Shown: positions 36,151-48,550 of the stretch, piece after piece | How positions within the stretch are numbered: the stretch's first letter is position 1 | How the letters are laid out: every line of letters starts with the position of its first letter | Origin: Paraspadella gotoi | Taxonomy: Eukaryota; Animalia; Chaetognatha | DNA length: 58,903 nt | NCBI GenBank assembly: GCA_051294375.1 | Contig: CM119263.1 | Coordinates: 31,295,502 to 31,354,404 of the forward strand | Reading direction: 5' to 3' | Notes under the pieces: generated by a model | Told to the model about the DNA's origin: nothing | The model's input: the letters and a program-made list of their open reading frames with translations, nothing else | Databases searched by the model: none | Program-made: the position numbers and the translations under genes

Positions 36151-39100
36151 CGGTTTTCATTTCTCTCTCTCTCTATTCAGCTGATTTGCTCGTGGGTTTC
36201 TTCAAATTTTACGATGAGTTCGACTTTGCAACGAACGTAGTTTCACCTTTGGAAGGGCGACCCATCCCTATCGCCCAAGTCGTTGCTCGAGTCAAGGAAG
36301 TTTCGGGAAAGGATTTCAAGGTGAGGCGCAGAGGTGGGGTTATTTTTGAAAAGTGTGTTCTACATCAGTAGTGAGACAATTTATGTGTGAGGGAATTGAA
36401 TGGAGGTGACATTCTCAGGTTGGATCAATCTGCGTCCAAGATCCTTTCGAACTCGATCACAACGTCACCGCCAACGTAGACTCTCTCCGCGCCTCTCTCT
36501 TCCAGGATATTCTCCAGGTGCAAATTCAACATCCTTAAAAGATCTAAGAAGCAAGCGAAACGGAACCAAGCCGCTTACCTTTTCCAGGAAGCCGTCTCCG
36601 TTTGCGAGAGTCCAGAGTTTTTCGAGGTGAAAAAAGGAGAAAAATGGGGATTCACGCTTCTCATCGAACCCGAAGACGACGACGACGACAACAACGTCGA
36701 CGGAATGACGTCGGCCGCCGACAACGCCGACGCTGACGGAGCTCAAGGAGGCGTCGCTCCCGGCGGAGAGGCCGCCACCACCAACATATCGAGTTAGTTC
36801 ACTGTTCATGGGCTTATGGACTATTGAGTATTGCGATCATTAAAAGAAATTGGTACAACCAATATAATGGTATCATAACATAACATAATATAACATATCG
36901 TAATATAACATATCGTAATATAAATATCAGGGATTTTTGTTTTTTACAATCGCAGATCTTCCCGGAATTTGTCTCGGAGAAACGAAACCCATTCCTACTA
37001 TTGGTTCCTCTTCGAGAGGAGACAACAACAACGGGTGAATGAAAGGATTTTAAATTTGCTCAATAATTTATTCTTTATATAATAATATAATATAATTTAG
37101 TATAATTTTTCGGCTGATTCTGTAGCAGATTAATTTGTGAATTATCCTTCTGTTATAATTCTAGTATTTAAATTGATGAAACCTTTGTCAGCAAATCCGT
37201 GATGGATTCCATGACGACTTCTCTCGAATTCTCGATGACGATGCGCAAAGAGAACACTCCGCGCGCCTTCCTCACCCAAATGCCTCACCCCAAAGCAGCC
37301 AGAGAAAACTGGTGCAAGAACAACGCCATCTATATTTACAAGGCGCTCAAGGAAGGGCTGCTGCTGGACTGCCGCGTCTTGGAGGTAAGTGTAAGCGAGC
37401 TAATTGGTCCTAAAATAACAGTAAACTTAGCTCTAATAGTATTCCCAATAAACATACCAATTAACTTACTTGTAAAATAAGAGATGCTAACTTGCTGTGG
37501 TTCAGTAGTAGAATGCTTGAAGCATATAGCTAGCTTAAGGGAAGTAAAGTCATAAGCATAGATACCCTATGGAGGAAAGAAAGAGTCTTTATTAATAAAC
37601 ATATATAAAATGCTTCTAACATAATTCCTAACCCAATAAGTAAGAACTAAGACCAGAGAGGATGGGACTGCCATATTGGAAGCCAACTCTGTTCCAAGTC
37701 AAAGCATAGAATTCATCCTGAAACTTTAAACTATAATTCAAATACCTAAGAGTGGGTTCCAATAAGAATATTTATAAGTTAGTTTAATTGATAATTATTA
37801 TTAATAAATGTCCCAAACTCTCTAATCAATTACTATCATCAATAGCTACACTAATGACAAAAGTGAATTCGTGAAATGAGAACATGAAATGATACAGGAA
37901 CAGAATTTATGACAAGTCAATGTCAATACGACAATATGCAAATGAGATTGATGAACTCAATCTCATTCTTGGTTGTATCAAAAGTTCCTTCCTTATATAA
38001 GGAGTTGGGAGCCACGACACCCACGTATTGTTGTTAAATAACATATAGCGATTTAGATATAAATTTATAAATATTAAATATTTATATATATATTTTAATT
38101 TTTTAAAATTCTTTCTATACAATAAATCTATACAAAATTATCAAATTATTGAACTTCTGAATCAACAGAATTAAAGTCTATCGTAATTTAATCAAAACAT
38201 TACAATATGTAAATGAGATTTCGGATGTAACGTAATTTTCTCTTCAGACCCGCGTGGACGAGTTGGCCGATTTCATCAACGAGGAATCCCCAACCGTCGG
38301 TCGCATTGACAGCGAAGAGGCCGACGAAGCGACCAATGCTGAAGCCGACCAAATGTTGCAAAGAGTCGAGACGGAAATTCTTGCTCTTGGAAAACACAAG
38401 ATGCCACCAGTCGAGCCCAAGAGCGAAAGTGGTAAGGCTCAAGGAGATTCCTCTCGATCTCTTTGTCTCTCACTCTCTCGATCTCTTAATCTCTCACTCT
38501 CTCGATCTCTTTGTCTCTCACTCTCTCGATCTCTTTGTCTCTCACTCTCCCGCCCCTCTTCCCCTTCTAGACGCGAAACGAGCCAAGATGGAGCTGGACT
38601 CGACCCAAGCGGCCGGTCCTTCTGGTCCGGTGGGCATGGGTCAGTCCGGCCTCGTCCTCCTCCACATGCGCTGCTCCACCAAAGTCAAAGTCTGGCAGAA
38701 TCGAAAGGCCTCGGTGAAACTCTTGGACTTGACGAGTCAAGGGGGACTCATGAGATACATGAATCTGGAGAGAGAGAAGAGAATTTCCATGGAAGTCATT
38801 CGTCAGGTCTGCCTTTTCACTTTTGAGAGGAGAATGAAATTGTTATAAAATGCACATGAAAGAAGTATAATGAAAAAAATGAAATTGAACGAAATAAAAA
38901 GGAACCGAAATATACAAAGAATATGAAATATGAAATAAAAAGAAGTAAATTGAAATGATAAAATGAAATGAAAAAGAAATGAAAAGGAAATATAGAATTA
39001 AAATAAAAAGAAAAACAAGGGGAAAAAAGAAATTTCCAAAAAAGAAATAAATAAAATAAAAATGAAATAAAGATAAAATTTGTCTTCCCAGGCGGAGACG

Positions 39101-39999
39101 AATCCTCTTCTTCAATGCAGCGAAGTATTTTGGGTGACGGTGGAGGACAACCCCGACCCACGTCACGCCACCGTCGTCGTCAGGTTCACTTTCTTTCTGC
39201 AAAAGAAGAGAGACTACGTCATGTTCTACGACTTTTTGGAGCATTACATTCCCAAAGTAAGGATTATGATAAGACGTTTCATCCTTATATCAGTTTATTT
39301 ATCATACGTTACTGCGTATTGTCATTCTTTAATGGACTTTTCAAACTTTTGAATAAAGTATTGTCATTCTTAAATGGACTTTTCAAACTTTTGAATTGAC
39401 ACGAGAGAAGCAGAGTACATAATTTGTAGATCGTTTCAAATGAGGTCATCAATATTGCATATTGTAATCGAGTATTGATGAATTTTCTTTTACATTTTAA
39501 ATTTTTAAACCGAGACAATATAGAAATGAGATTGATGAACTCTTATCTTATTTGTAAAGATCCACACGTTTTTTAGCTTCACACTTTCGTAATTTGACAA
39601 GTGGAAGTTTTTGGGTTAATTTAACTTTTTGGATTTGTTGTTTGTTGTTTGCAGGTGGTTGAATGCATTTGGATGAAGACTTTTGCGAAGCCGAAAAAAC
39701 CAGAGACGGAGAATCAAGAATCGAGAGAATCAAAAGAATCTAGAGAATCAAAAGAATCAAAAGAATCAAAAGAATCAAAAGAATCAAAAGAATCAAAAGA
39801 ATCGAGACAATTAAGATCGAGTGGATCGAAAGAATCGAGAGAATTAAACGAATCCACCGAATCCAACGAAGATCCTCCTCTCATCGAAGTCGAAGAAGAA
39901 AGACTCGACAAAATGCTTTACGAGGTTTTTAGGGACTCCGCTCCCGCCGCTGCTGACCCCGCCGCCGCCACCGCCGCTGTAGGCAGGGACTCTTCTTGA
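33094..39999 (+). CDS. TUT1: TUT1 / Star-PAP (U6 snRNA terminal uridylyltransferase)
   Basis: N-terminal zinc finger (CDLCKV...HLAGKKH), RRM (SIYVKGF), nucleotidyltransferase HLFGSSVNGFGVKGCDVDVFL, RPLVYALRQWA...LTSYAVTLLVLFYLQ, PAP-associated QDPFELDHNVTANV, C-terminal VWQNRK domain. Confidence 0.88.
33648..33792 (+). repeat. Dispersed intronic repeat family A (ATTGGTACAACCAATAT...AAATTATCCATTCATTTA...CCCTGAC...GGTTTAAGGCC)
   Basis: Related copies at about 11414-11462 (-), 27407-27560 (+), 36847-36870 (+), 41876-42010 (-), 44981-45030 (+). Confidence 0.8.
37930..37970 (+). repeat. Dispersed intronic repeat family B, core ATATGCAAATGAGATT (octamer plus hairpin); representative copy
   Basis: Exact ATGCAAAT on + at 6672, 37936, 43721, 50976, 51813, 52601, 58526 and on - at 20748, 21843, 24229, 46774. 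Degenerate copies near 19501, 34445, 38204, 39519. Confidence 0.8.
39715..39806 (+). repeat. Coding 9-bp tandem repeat (GAATCAAAA)n encoding ESK/ESR in the last TUT1 exon
   Basis: About 10 in-frame units: ESRESKESRESKESKESKESKESKESR. Confidence 0.9.
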
Positions 40000-40563
40000 C
40001 GCATTTTTTAAAGTTGGGCTCAAAAAAGAAATCTTTTTAAACTCCATTCAGTTGTTTTTTTAATTGAATTTGTTAGAAATAAATTATTTTCTCCTTGTAT
40101 TGTTGCCTCAATCATTTTTTTTCTACTAACAGAAAATAATTATTTTTCTATCGCGACGCCTTTTGTTTTTTTTTTTCGATCTTTTCGCCACACATTTTTA
40201 TTCTCGCTTCGTTTTCGATCCTCGCTTCGGGTTCCCTTCGCATCGTTTGTCTAAAAGAAAAAGAAAGTGGGACCCATGGATATTGTTGAAGAGGAATCAC
40301 GTGACCAACGACAACGTGACCCTCTCCATTTTTATGTTTTGTTCGGTGACCGAAGAATTTGACGAAGTTTTTATTAAGAAACAAAATAAAACAAAAACGC
40401 GTGAGCAAACGTTTTGAACTTGCGACCTCATCCCAAGACATTGAGCGAGATTTCGATAATTTTCTTACGATTTTTGATTAAACTTTTTCTCCATTTTATT
40501 TTTCGAAAAATAAAGTATACTATTTACGAATTTAGTTTTAACTTTGTCCGCGAAAAAAAAAAG

Positions 40564-43500
40564 ATGAAGCGGAAAATGGGGACTCGAATCGAGGCCCCGA
40601 ATCTGAAAAGATTTCGCGGCGACGTCAAGGAGCTCCTCTTGGAAAAGGCGTCGACGGGCGGCCCCAACGCCCCTGCCGGCGCCAACGCCAAAGGCGCCGA
40701 TCGAAAACAGCGGCGTCGTATGGCGAAATTGGAGAAGAAAAAGAGAATCCGAGATTTTCAATTAAAGAAACAGGGAAAAGCGGTTGAGGTGGAGGAGGAG
40801 AAAAAGAAAGAAGGAAAGAAGAAGACGAAGAAGAAAAAGAAAAAGAAGAATAAGAAGGAGGAAGGCAAGGAGGAAGAGGACGAGACAGAGGCGTGGAAGA
40901 AAGAGGCGGAGGAAATCCGCGCTCGACAATTGAAGGCGGCGAACGAAGAGGAGGACAAAATCATTCGTCAGTTGGAAAAGAATTTGGGAATAAAGAAAAA
41001 GAAAAGAGGAGAGGAGAAGATGCCCAACTCATTCAAGGCCGACGGGTTGGACTATTTGCTGGAGTTGTGTAGGGAGGATGGAGTAGGAGGAGAGGGAATG
41101 CTGGAGGAGGACGAGGAGGTGCTGGGGTCGGAGAAAGAAGACGACATCGACGACGGAGAAATCTCGGACGACATCGTGGGGGAGGATTCGGAAGATGATG
41201 ACGAAGAAGACGACGAAGGTGTTGATGATGAAGACGACGTTAAAATGTCATTCAAGGATTTAGACGGAGATGATCAAGACGATGAAGACGAAAATGACGC
41301 CTCGACTTCTTCTCCCATGGACGCGGAACCCGTCGAGACTTTTGAGGACATTTACGGCCGCATTCGCGACGCCAACACCAAACGTGTCGTCAAGGACAAC
41401 CTCGGCGTCCCCGCGCACGATCCGCGCAAGACCGGCGCCGCGGAGAAAGCGGCGTCCGTGGAAGCTGCCGCTGCGAAAGCGGCGATAGGAGGCGGCGCTG
41501 GGAAGTACGTTCCTCCGTCGCTTCGAGGAAAGGTGAGTGATTAGGATGAAAATTATTAATATTAGGCTATTCTTAAAAATTCTTAAATTAATTACCTTTT
41601 TAATTTTTAAGTCATCTTCGGATTCGTCGGAGAATCGAGTTCGAATTTTTCGTCAAATCAAAGGATTAATGAATCGACTCAGCGAAGCCAACGTTTTGTC
41701 GATCGTCACCGGTCTCGAGGACATTTACAACAAGAACAGCCGGTAAATACTCGTTATAGAAAAATATAGTGATCTTTTTATACAATTAAAACAGTTAATT
41801 GAAATATTATATCACTTCATTGATAAAGAAGCCAGGTGCTCTGGAAGTGAATATACTAGACTGAAAGTCTTGATTGATTAAAAGCTTGCATGGACCTACT
41901 ATGTCATTATTTTGTAAGAGAGATGGAGGCCTTAAACCATCATAGCCTGTCCAACGTCAGGGACAAGATAGCTTATTTATTAAATAAATGGATAATTTTT
42001 GTACCAATTTGATGATAAAACAATAGATAAATATTTTCGTCAGTAACGAAGTGACGACGTGTTTGACTGACGCGGTGATGACGAGTTGCGTCTTCCCTTC
42101 GCAATCGACGCCTTCGCGATTCCTCCTCGAACACGCTCTCCTCGTCGGAGCCCTTCATCAGGTCGTTGGAGCGGAAGTCGGCGCCGAGATCCTCGAACGC
42201 GCCGCCAAGATGGTCCAGACATTTTTGCAGGTAAGGTCGACGGGTCTTGGGTTATTTTTTTGTTGTGGTTATTATCCTCTATTCAATCTCCTTCCAGGAG
42301 TCTGCGCCTTCCATTGATGACAAGAGGATCGACAACGCCGTGGGTCTCCTCTGCGGCCTCTACATCTTCAAGGTCGTCCACTCGCGTCTTCTCTTCGATC
42401 TCGTCCAACGCGTCGCCCAAAGATTTGGAGAAAAAGACGTCGAGGTCATCCTTATCGTCTTTAGATCCGTAGGGTTTTATCTCAGGTGGGATTGGCGTGA
42501 ATGATATTTTATTATAAGATTTTATGAGGTATCGAAAATCTAAATTTTCTGTCTCTAAAGATAATTATGTCAAAAAATCGTTGTCAAACCAAAACTGTTT
42601 TTCTCCTAATGTGTAGCATTTAAAATATATCGTCAATTTAGAAAAGACGACCCTTCGGAGCTGAAGGCGCGCTTGACTGATCTGCAGCGTCGTGCGGCGG
42701 AGTTCAAGTCTCGATCTGCGGAGTCTTCATCGACGGGGTTCTCCAAGGTGCAGTTCATGCTGGACATCCTCCTCGCCGTCAAGAATAACAACATGACGAA
42801 GATTCCCAACTACGACGTCGAAACTCCTGAGAGAATGTCAAAGGTCTAGTTTCTTTCGTTGCGAAGATTCTTTTTTTTTAAATCTCTGATGAAAATTGAA
42901 CCCAAATTTCGTGATTGTTTATGAGCGCGAATCATGATTAGTCTTTCTGACGATTCTTAACATAATTATAAGCCTATTTTACATTAAATTACGGATGAAT
43001 TATTAAATAATATATTTTTTTTAATTTCACAGGTCCTAAAATCGATCCTTAGTGCGAAAAAGTCTTCCAAGGGAGAAAACTCTCTCCGCTTGACTCTGAG
43101 CGAATTGGCTGATGCAGAGTCGAAGGGCAAATGGTGGATCGTTGGCGGCGCCTGGGAAGGGAATCAGGCCGGGGCGGCGGATGCGTCGGCGGCGGAGGCA
43201 GATAAACGACGACCCGAGGCCAGCGACGAGACGCTGGCGAGAGTGGAGAAACTGGCGGCGAAACAAAGAATCAACACGAAACTTCGAAAATCGATCTTTA
43301 CCGTTTTGTTGACGGCGGACGACTACGTGGAGGCCTTCAGGAATCTCCTCAAACTTAACTTGAATGAGAAACAAGAAAGAGAGATCGTCGCCGTTCTCGG
43401 ATCTGCTTGTTTGCACGAGAAGGAGTTTAACAAATACTACGGATTCTTAGCGCAAAAGTTTTGCGACTTTCATCAAAGGTAGAAGGGGTTTGGGGAATGG

Positions 43501-44184
43501 GTTCAAGTTGTTAGCCTCGCTTTGAAGTTAGCCTCGCTTTGAAGCTAGCCTAGCTTTGAAGCTAGCCTCGCTTTGAAGTTAGCCTCGCTTTGAAGTTAGC
43601 CTCGCTTTGAAGTTAGCCTCGCTTTGAAGTTAGCCTCGCTTAGGAAAATACAATTAAGCGCTTACTTAATACCCGTTACTTTCACGAATCTTTTTGTGAC
43701 ACAAATCTTTTTGTGACAATATGCAAATGAGATTGAAACGCTCCTTAATCATCTCGTCTTCCTATTGAATTAAGACTTTCTCCGTCCTAGATTTCGCGTG
43801 ACCTTCAAGTACTGGTTGTGGGACATGTACCGCGAGGTCTCCAACCTCCCCGCCCGCCGCGCCGTCAACCTGGCCGAGCTCTTCGCCCACCTCATTCTTC
43901 AAGGCGGCCTCTCGCTCTCCGCCCTCAAGATCCTCGAGTTCGGCGTCACGGGGGGCGTAGCCCTCACATTCGCCAAAACGCTGACGCGGCGGGTGCTGCT
44001 CGCCGAGGACGAATGCCTCCTCGACGCCGCCTTCGGGAAGATTGCCGACGCGCCCAAGCTGGCCGTGCTGCGGCAAAGTCTGCTGCTCTTCATGCGGCAT
44101 TTCTTGGTGGTGGAGGAAGAGGAGGAGTCGGGGAAATTGCAAGAGAGATTGGAACGAGTGGAAAAATATTTAAAGAAAAGATGA
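40564..44184 (+). CDS. NOM1: Nucleolar MIF4G domain protein 1 (Sgd1 homolog)
   Basis: EDKIIRQLEKNLG...FKADGLDYLL, EDIYGR, KYVPPSLR, QIKGLMNRLSEAN (MIF4G), GKWWIVGGAW, MA3 domain (IFTVLLTADDYVEAF; EREIV; FNKYYGFLAQKFC). Confidence 0.95.
43508..43640. repeat. 17-bp minisatellite (GTTAGCCTCGCTTTGAA)n in a NOM1 intron
   Basis: About 8 near-identical tandem units. Confidence 0.92.
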
Positions 44185-44432
44185 TCCTTTTTATTCTACA
44201 TTTAAATTATTTCGCGTTGAATCGTTTATCGTTGAATCTTTTTATAGCTTAACGTTATTTATCGTTCACAGGTGTATTGTTACAGTCAATCAAGTGCCAT
44301 AATTAATTAGCCTCTTATTATCGCCGAATCCTGATCAAAAAGAAATAAAGCGCTAAAAACGAATTTCAGCTCCCCTAATAAACCCAAGCGCTAAAGACAT
44401 CAAAACTCAAGTACAAAAACTCATCCAGCTAG

Positions 44433-45249
<817 letters not shown>

Positions 45250-46279
45250 TTTCTTTTCTTGCCGCCAGGGTTTTTGGAATGTCCTCTTCCCGCTTCCCAC
45301 CGGAAACTAATCGGTGTGGTGGAGGGGGTTATGCCGTAATCGGATCGAATTTATTGACTTAGGTTAACCGATTGATGGAGTCCGAGCGAAACTCAATTCA
45401 TTCCCCGCGCGAGCGCCTTTTTTTTTCGTTCCAAAAAAAAACAAAAAAAAACACAATTAGTCGATGTCATTGTTTACAAAAAAAATTATTCGTTATTTCT
45501 GGTCATTATTATTATCATTATTGCATAGTTATTAGTTAAAAAAAGCATTTTTCCGGACGCTGTTCTCCCTTTTGTCCCTTTTATTAAAACGAAGTCCGTA
45601 TCTGTGTATCAGAAAAGCGAAAATCGTTTAGTAGTTCATTTATTTCCTGGGTGAATGGGATATCTATTTATGGTTCGGGCGTCTGGGGGAGAGTCGGAGT
45701 TTTTTAATCCGTCTCAACGGATTAAAGATTCGTCGTTGGTCGCATAAACTCTGTTGTTTATTTTTCATCCTTCGCTTTTGTGTTTGAGTAATTGAAGTGA
45801 AGCTTAGAATATTTTATATTCAAAATGTTTTGCGCGAGACCTCCCCCCTCTTTCTTTATAGTGGATCCAATGAAGCCCGGAAGCCCGAATCTTTAGACTT
45901 TATTATTAACATGATCTTTTTAATCGTTTTCAATTATGAAATAGTTTTAATTTTTATGTATCTCTTGTCTTATTTCACAGATTTTGTTAGAGGGAGGTTC
46001 AGTCTTTGGAGAATCTTCTTCACGATTCCGTCTCCATCAATTGTGCCAATCTCAACTTTTACGAGAGCGAATGATAGTTGCCACGATTGACTTAAAACGG
46101 AATTTGTGACCAAGACAAAGTTCTCTTGATTACATAGAAACTCCAAACCTAGAATAGTTAATTGGTTGAGAACATTAGAATTAGACCTTATTAATGGGTG
46201 AAATTCTTTTAATTTTATTCCTCTTTGACAAGTTTTTTTATTTACTTTTTTAGTTCATTTTTTTTAGTCATTTGTGAAA

Positions 46280-47173
46280 ATGAATTCCGACCGCGCGGCG
46301 AAACTCAAGCAGATGAGCGAGGATGTCAGAATTGGCGGCAAAGGTGGGCGGCAATCTTCAGGATTTTATGATTACCTAATTTTATGCGCAATTTTCTATC
46401 TCTGACGTTGTTCAGTAAATTTTTTGAATTATTAACTCGTAGTCAAATATTGTTAATTATCACTTCTGGATTCAAATCTTCCAGGTTCTGCCCGAAGGAA
46501 GCGAAAGGTCGTTCACCGAACTGCGGCCTCCGACGACAAAAAACTTCAGGCTTCACTCAAAAAGCTCATGATGAACAACATCCCAGGTGAGCGCCCTCGG
46601 TCTTCTCACGGCCGCGTGAATGACTGTACGATTCTTATCCTTTTTGACCCTCTGACCCACAGGAATCGAGGAAGTGAACATGATCAGGGATGACGGTCAC
46701 GTCATTCACTTCAACAATCCAAAAGTTCAGGTGCGCCGCGTTAATTTTTTTCAAGTTTGATCTCATCAGTCTTATTTGCATATAGTAGTAAATTATTTAA
46801 ACTCTTACAGCTTTGTGTTCTGTTTCAATATCTCCCTCTAACATATATATATATATATCTATTTTTTGTTTCTTCCGTGTTTGTTAATGTTAGAAGTTTA
46901 AATGTTTAATAGAAGATTATGTAATATTTGACTATCAAAATTAGTACTTTAATTCTTGAGAGATTATCTCTAAACTTGGTGAATTTTTCCCTTTTCTCCC
47001 CAGGCGTCTCTGGCGGCCAACACGTTCGCCATCACCGGGCACGCGGAGACGAAACTCGTGACGGAGATTCTTCCTCAGATCCTCAATCAACTCGGACCCG
47101 ATTCTCTGCGACATCTTTACCAGAGCGGGCGAAAAGACGCAGGGGATATCAACGGCCATCCTGGTAAGAAAGA

Positions 47174-47217
<44 letters not shown>

Positions 47218-47779
47218 AGTGCCTTTGCTATACTTGCATATTATGCATAATTGTCATCAGTTCTATCCCAAGATCTGATAATAATTGTCTCTAATGCCTC
47301 TTAGACGCCATCGCCGAGGACGACGAGGATGTCCCCGAACTTGTGGAGAATTTCGACGCGCCTTCGAAGAACGAGAGCAAAGTCGGAGACGGTGAGTACC
47401 CCCTGTCAACAACAACAACAACAATAAACGAAAAAATAGGACACCAACAACAACAAAAAATGCAACAACACTCAACTAATCATAACAATAAAAACAACAC
47501 GAACTACCAAGACAACGAACCTCCACTTACCTTTCTTCGTCTCAGACGATCTCCCGCCTCTCGTCGAAGCTCCCGCCGCCGCCGACGTCGCCTCCGCTGC
47601 CGCTGCGGACTCGCCCTCCAAGGGGTCCTCGTCCAAGGGCGGTGAGTGAGGAAAGGCCCGTGAATGGCCGAGAGAATCCCCGATGTCGATCAATAATTTT
47701 TCGCACAGGCCCCGTCAAGGATTCCACCGACACTGGGGACGACGCCGACGACGACACCGAAGAAGATAAACCCGAGTGA
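46280..47779 (+). CDS. BTF3: Nascent polypeptide-associated complex beta subunit (BTF3) with an extended C-terminus
   Basis: [83 protein letters not shown]; about 7 exons. Confidence 0.96.
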
Positions 47780-48550
47780 AGCCGATTGTATGAACGTGTG
47801 GAGCCGAAGTTCGATGCGCGTGAAACGAATTCAAGACACTCTCTCTCTCTCTCTCGCTCGCTTTATCACATTTTTCTCCTTTTTTGCGGTTTTATTCAAA
47901 ATTTGAATTTGTTAAAGACTTTTCCAGGTTTTTTTTGTTAAAATAGTTCAGCTGAAAAAAAAAGACTTAGAGTTCCAGTTTCAAATTATAAGTTTTATGT
48001 GACTCGTTTGTTTTTTTTTTTAATAAAATTTATAACATTTTTATTTTGAGAATTTCGTAAAGTGAAATTGATCCCGTTCTGGCCATACTTGACTGGGCTC
48101 AAGATTAGAGGTAGTTAACATTCTTTGCTTCGCCTAATTCATCCGTTGGTTGAATCAAGAGGGGTAAATTTAGAATATGTAAAACAATCGAAGATAATTA
48201 CTAATTAATAGTAATGATTCACACAGACTCCGTTCATCAAGACGTAGATATACGTTGATCAACCGAAGACTTTTTATTCTCACCAAAAACTTAAAAACTC
48301 CGTCTCAAATTTTTGATTCTCGCCAACGTCGGGATTCCAGAAAATAAAAATAATTTTTTTTTATAATTGAGTACATGTAAATGTTTTGGGAATGCCTTTT
48401 AGATCCTCGATCCTTGATTCGGACTGTGTCGATGAAAGTGACCGAACGGACTACGAATTCGCAAGGAAACTGAAGCAGCGGTTAATGTCATGATTACCTC
48501 GCGTCCACTTCTGTATTAGTACAAATTGTTTTAAATAAAATAAAAATAAA

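Noticed and set aside
42885-42915. CTGATGA followed by a short hairpin in a NOM1 intron
   Set aside because: No GAAA after the stem, so not a hammerhead, and no convincing partner box for a C/D snoRNA.
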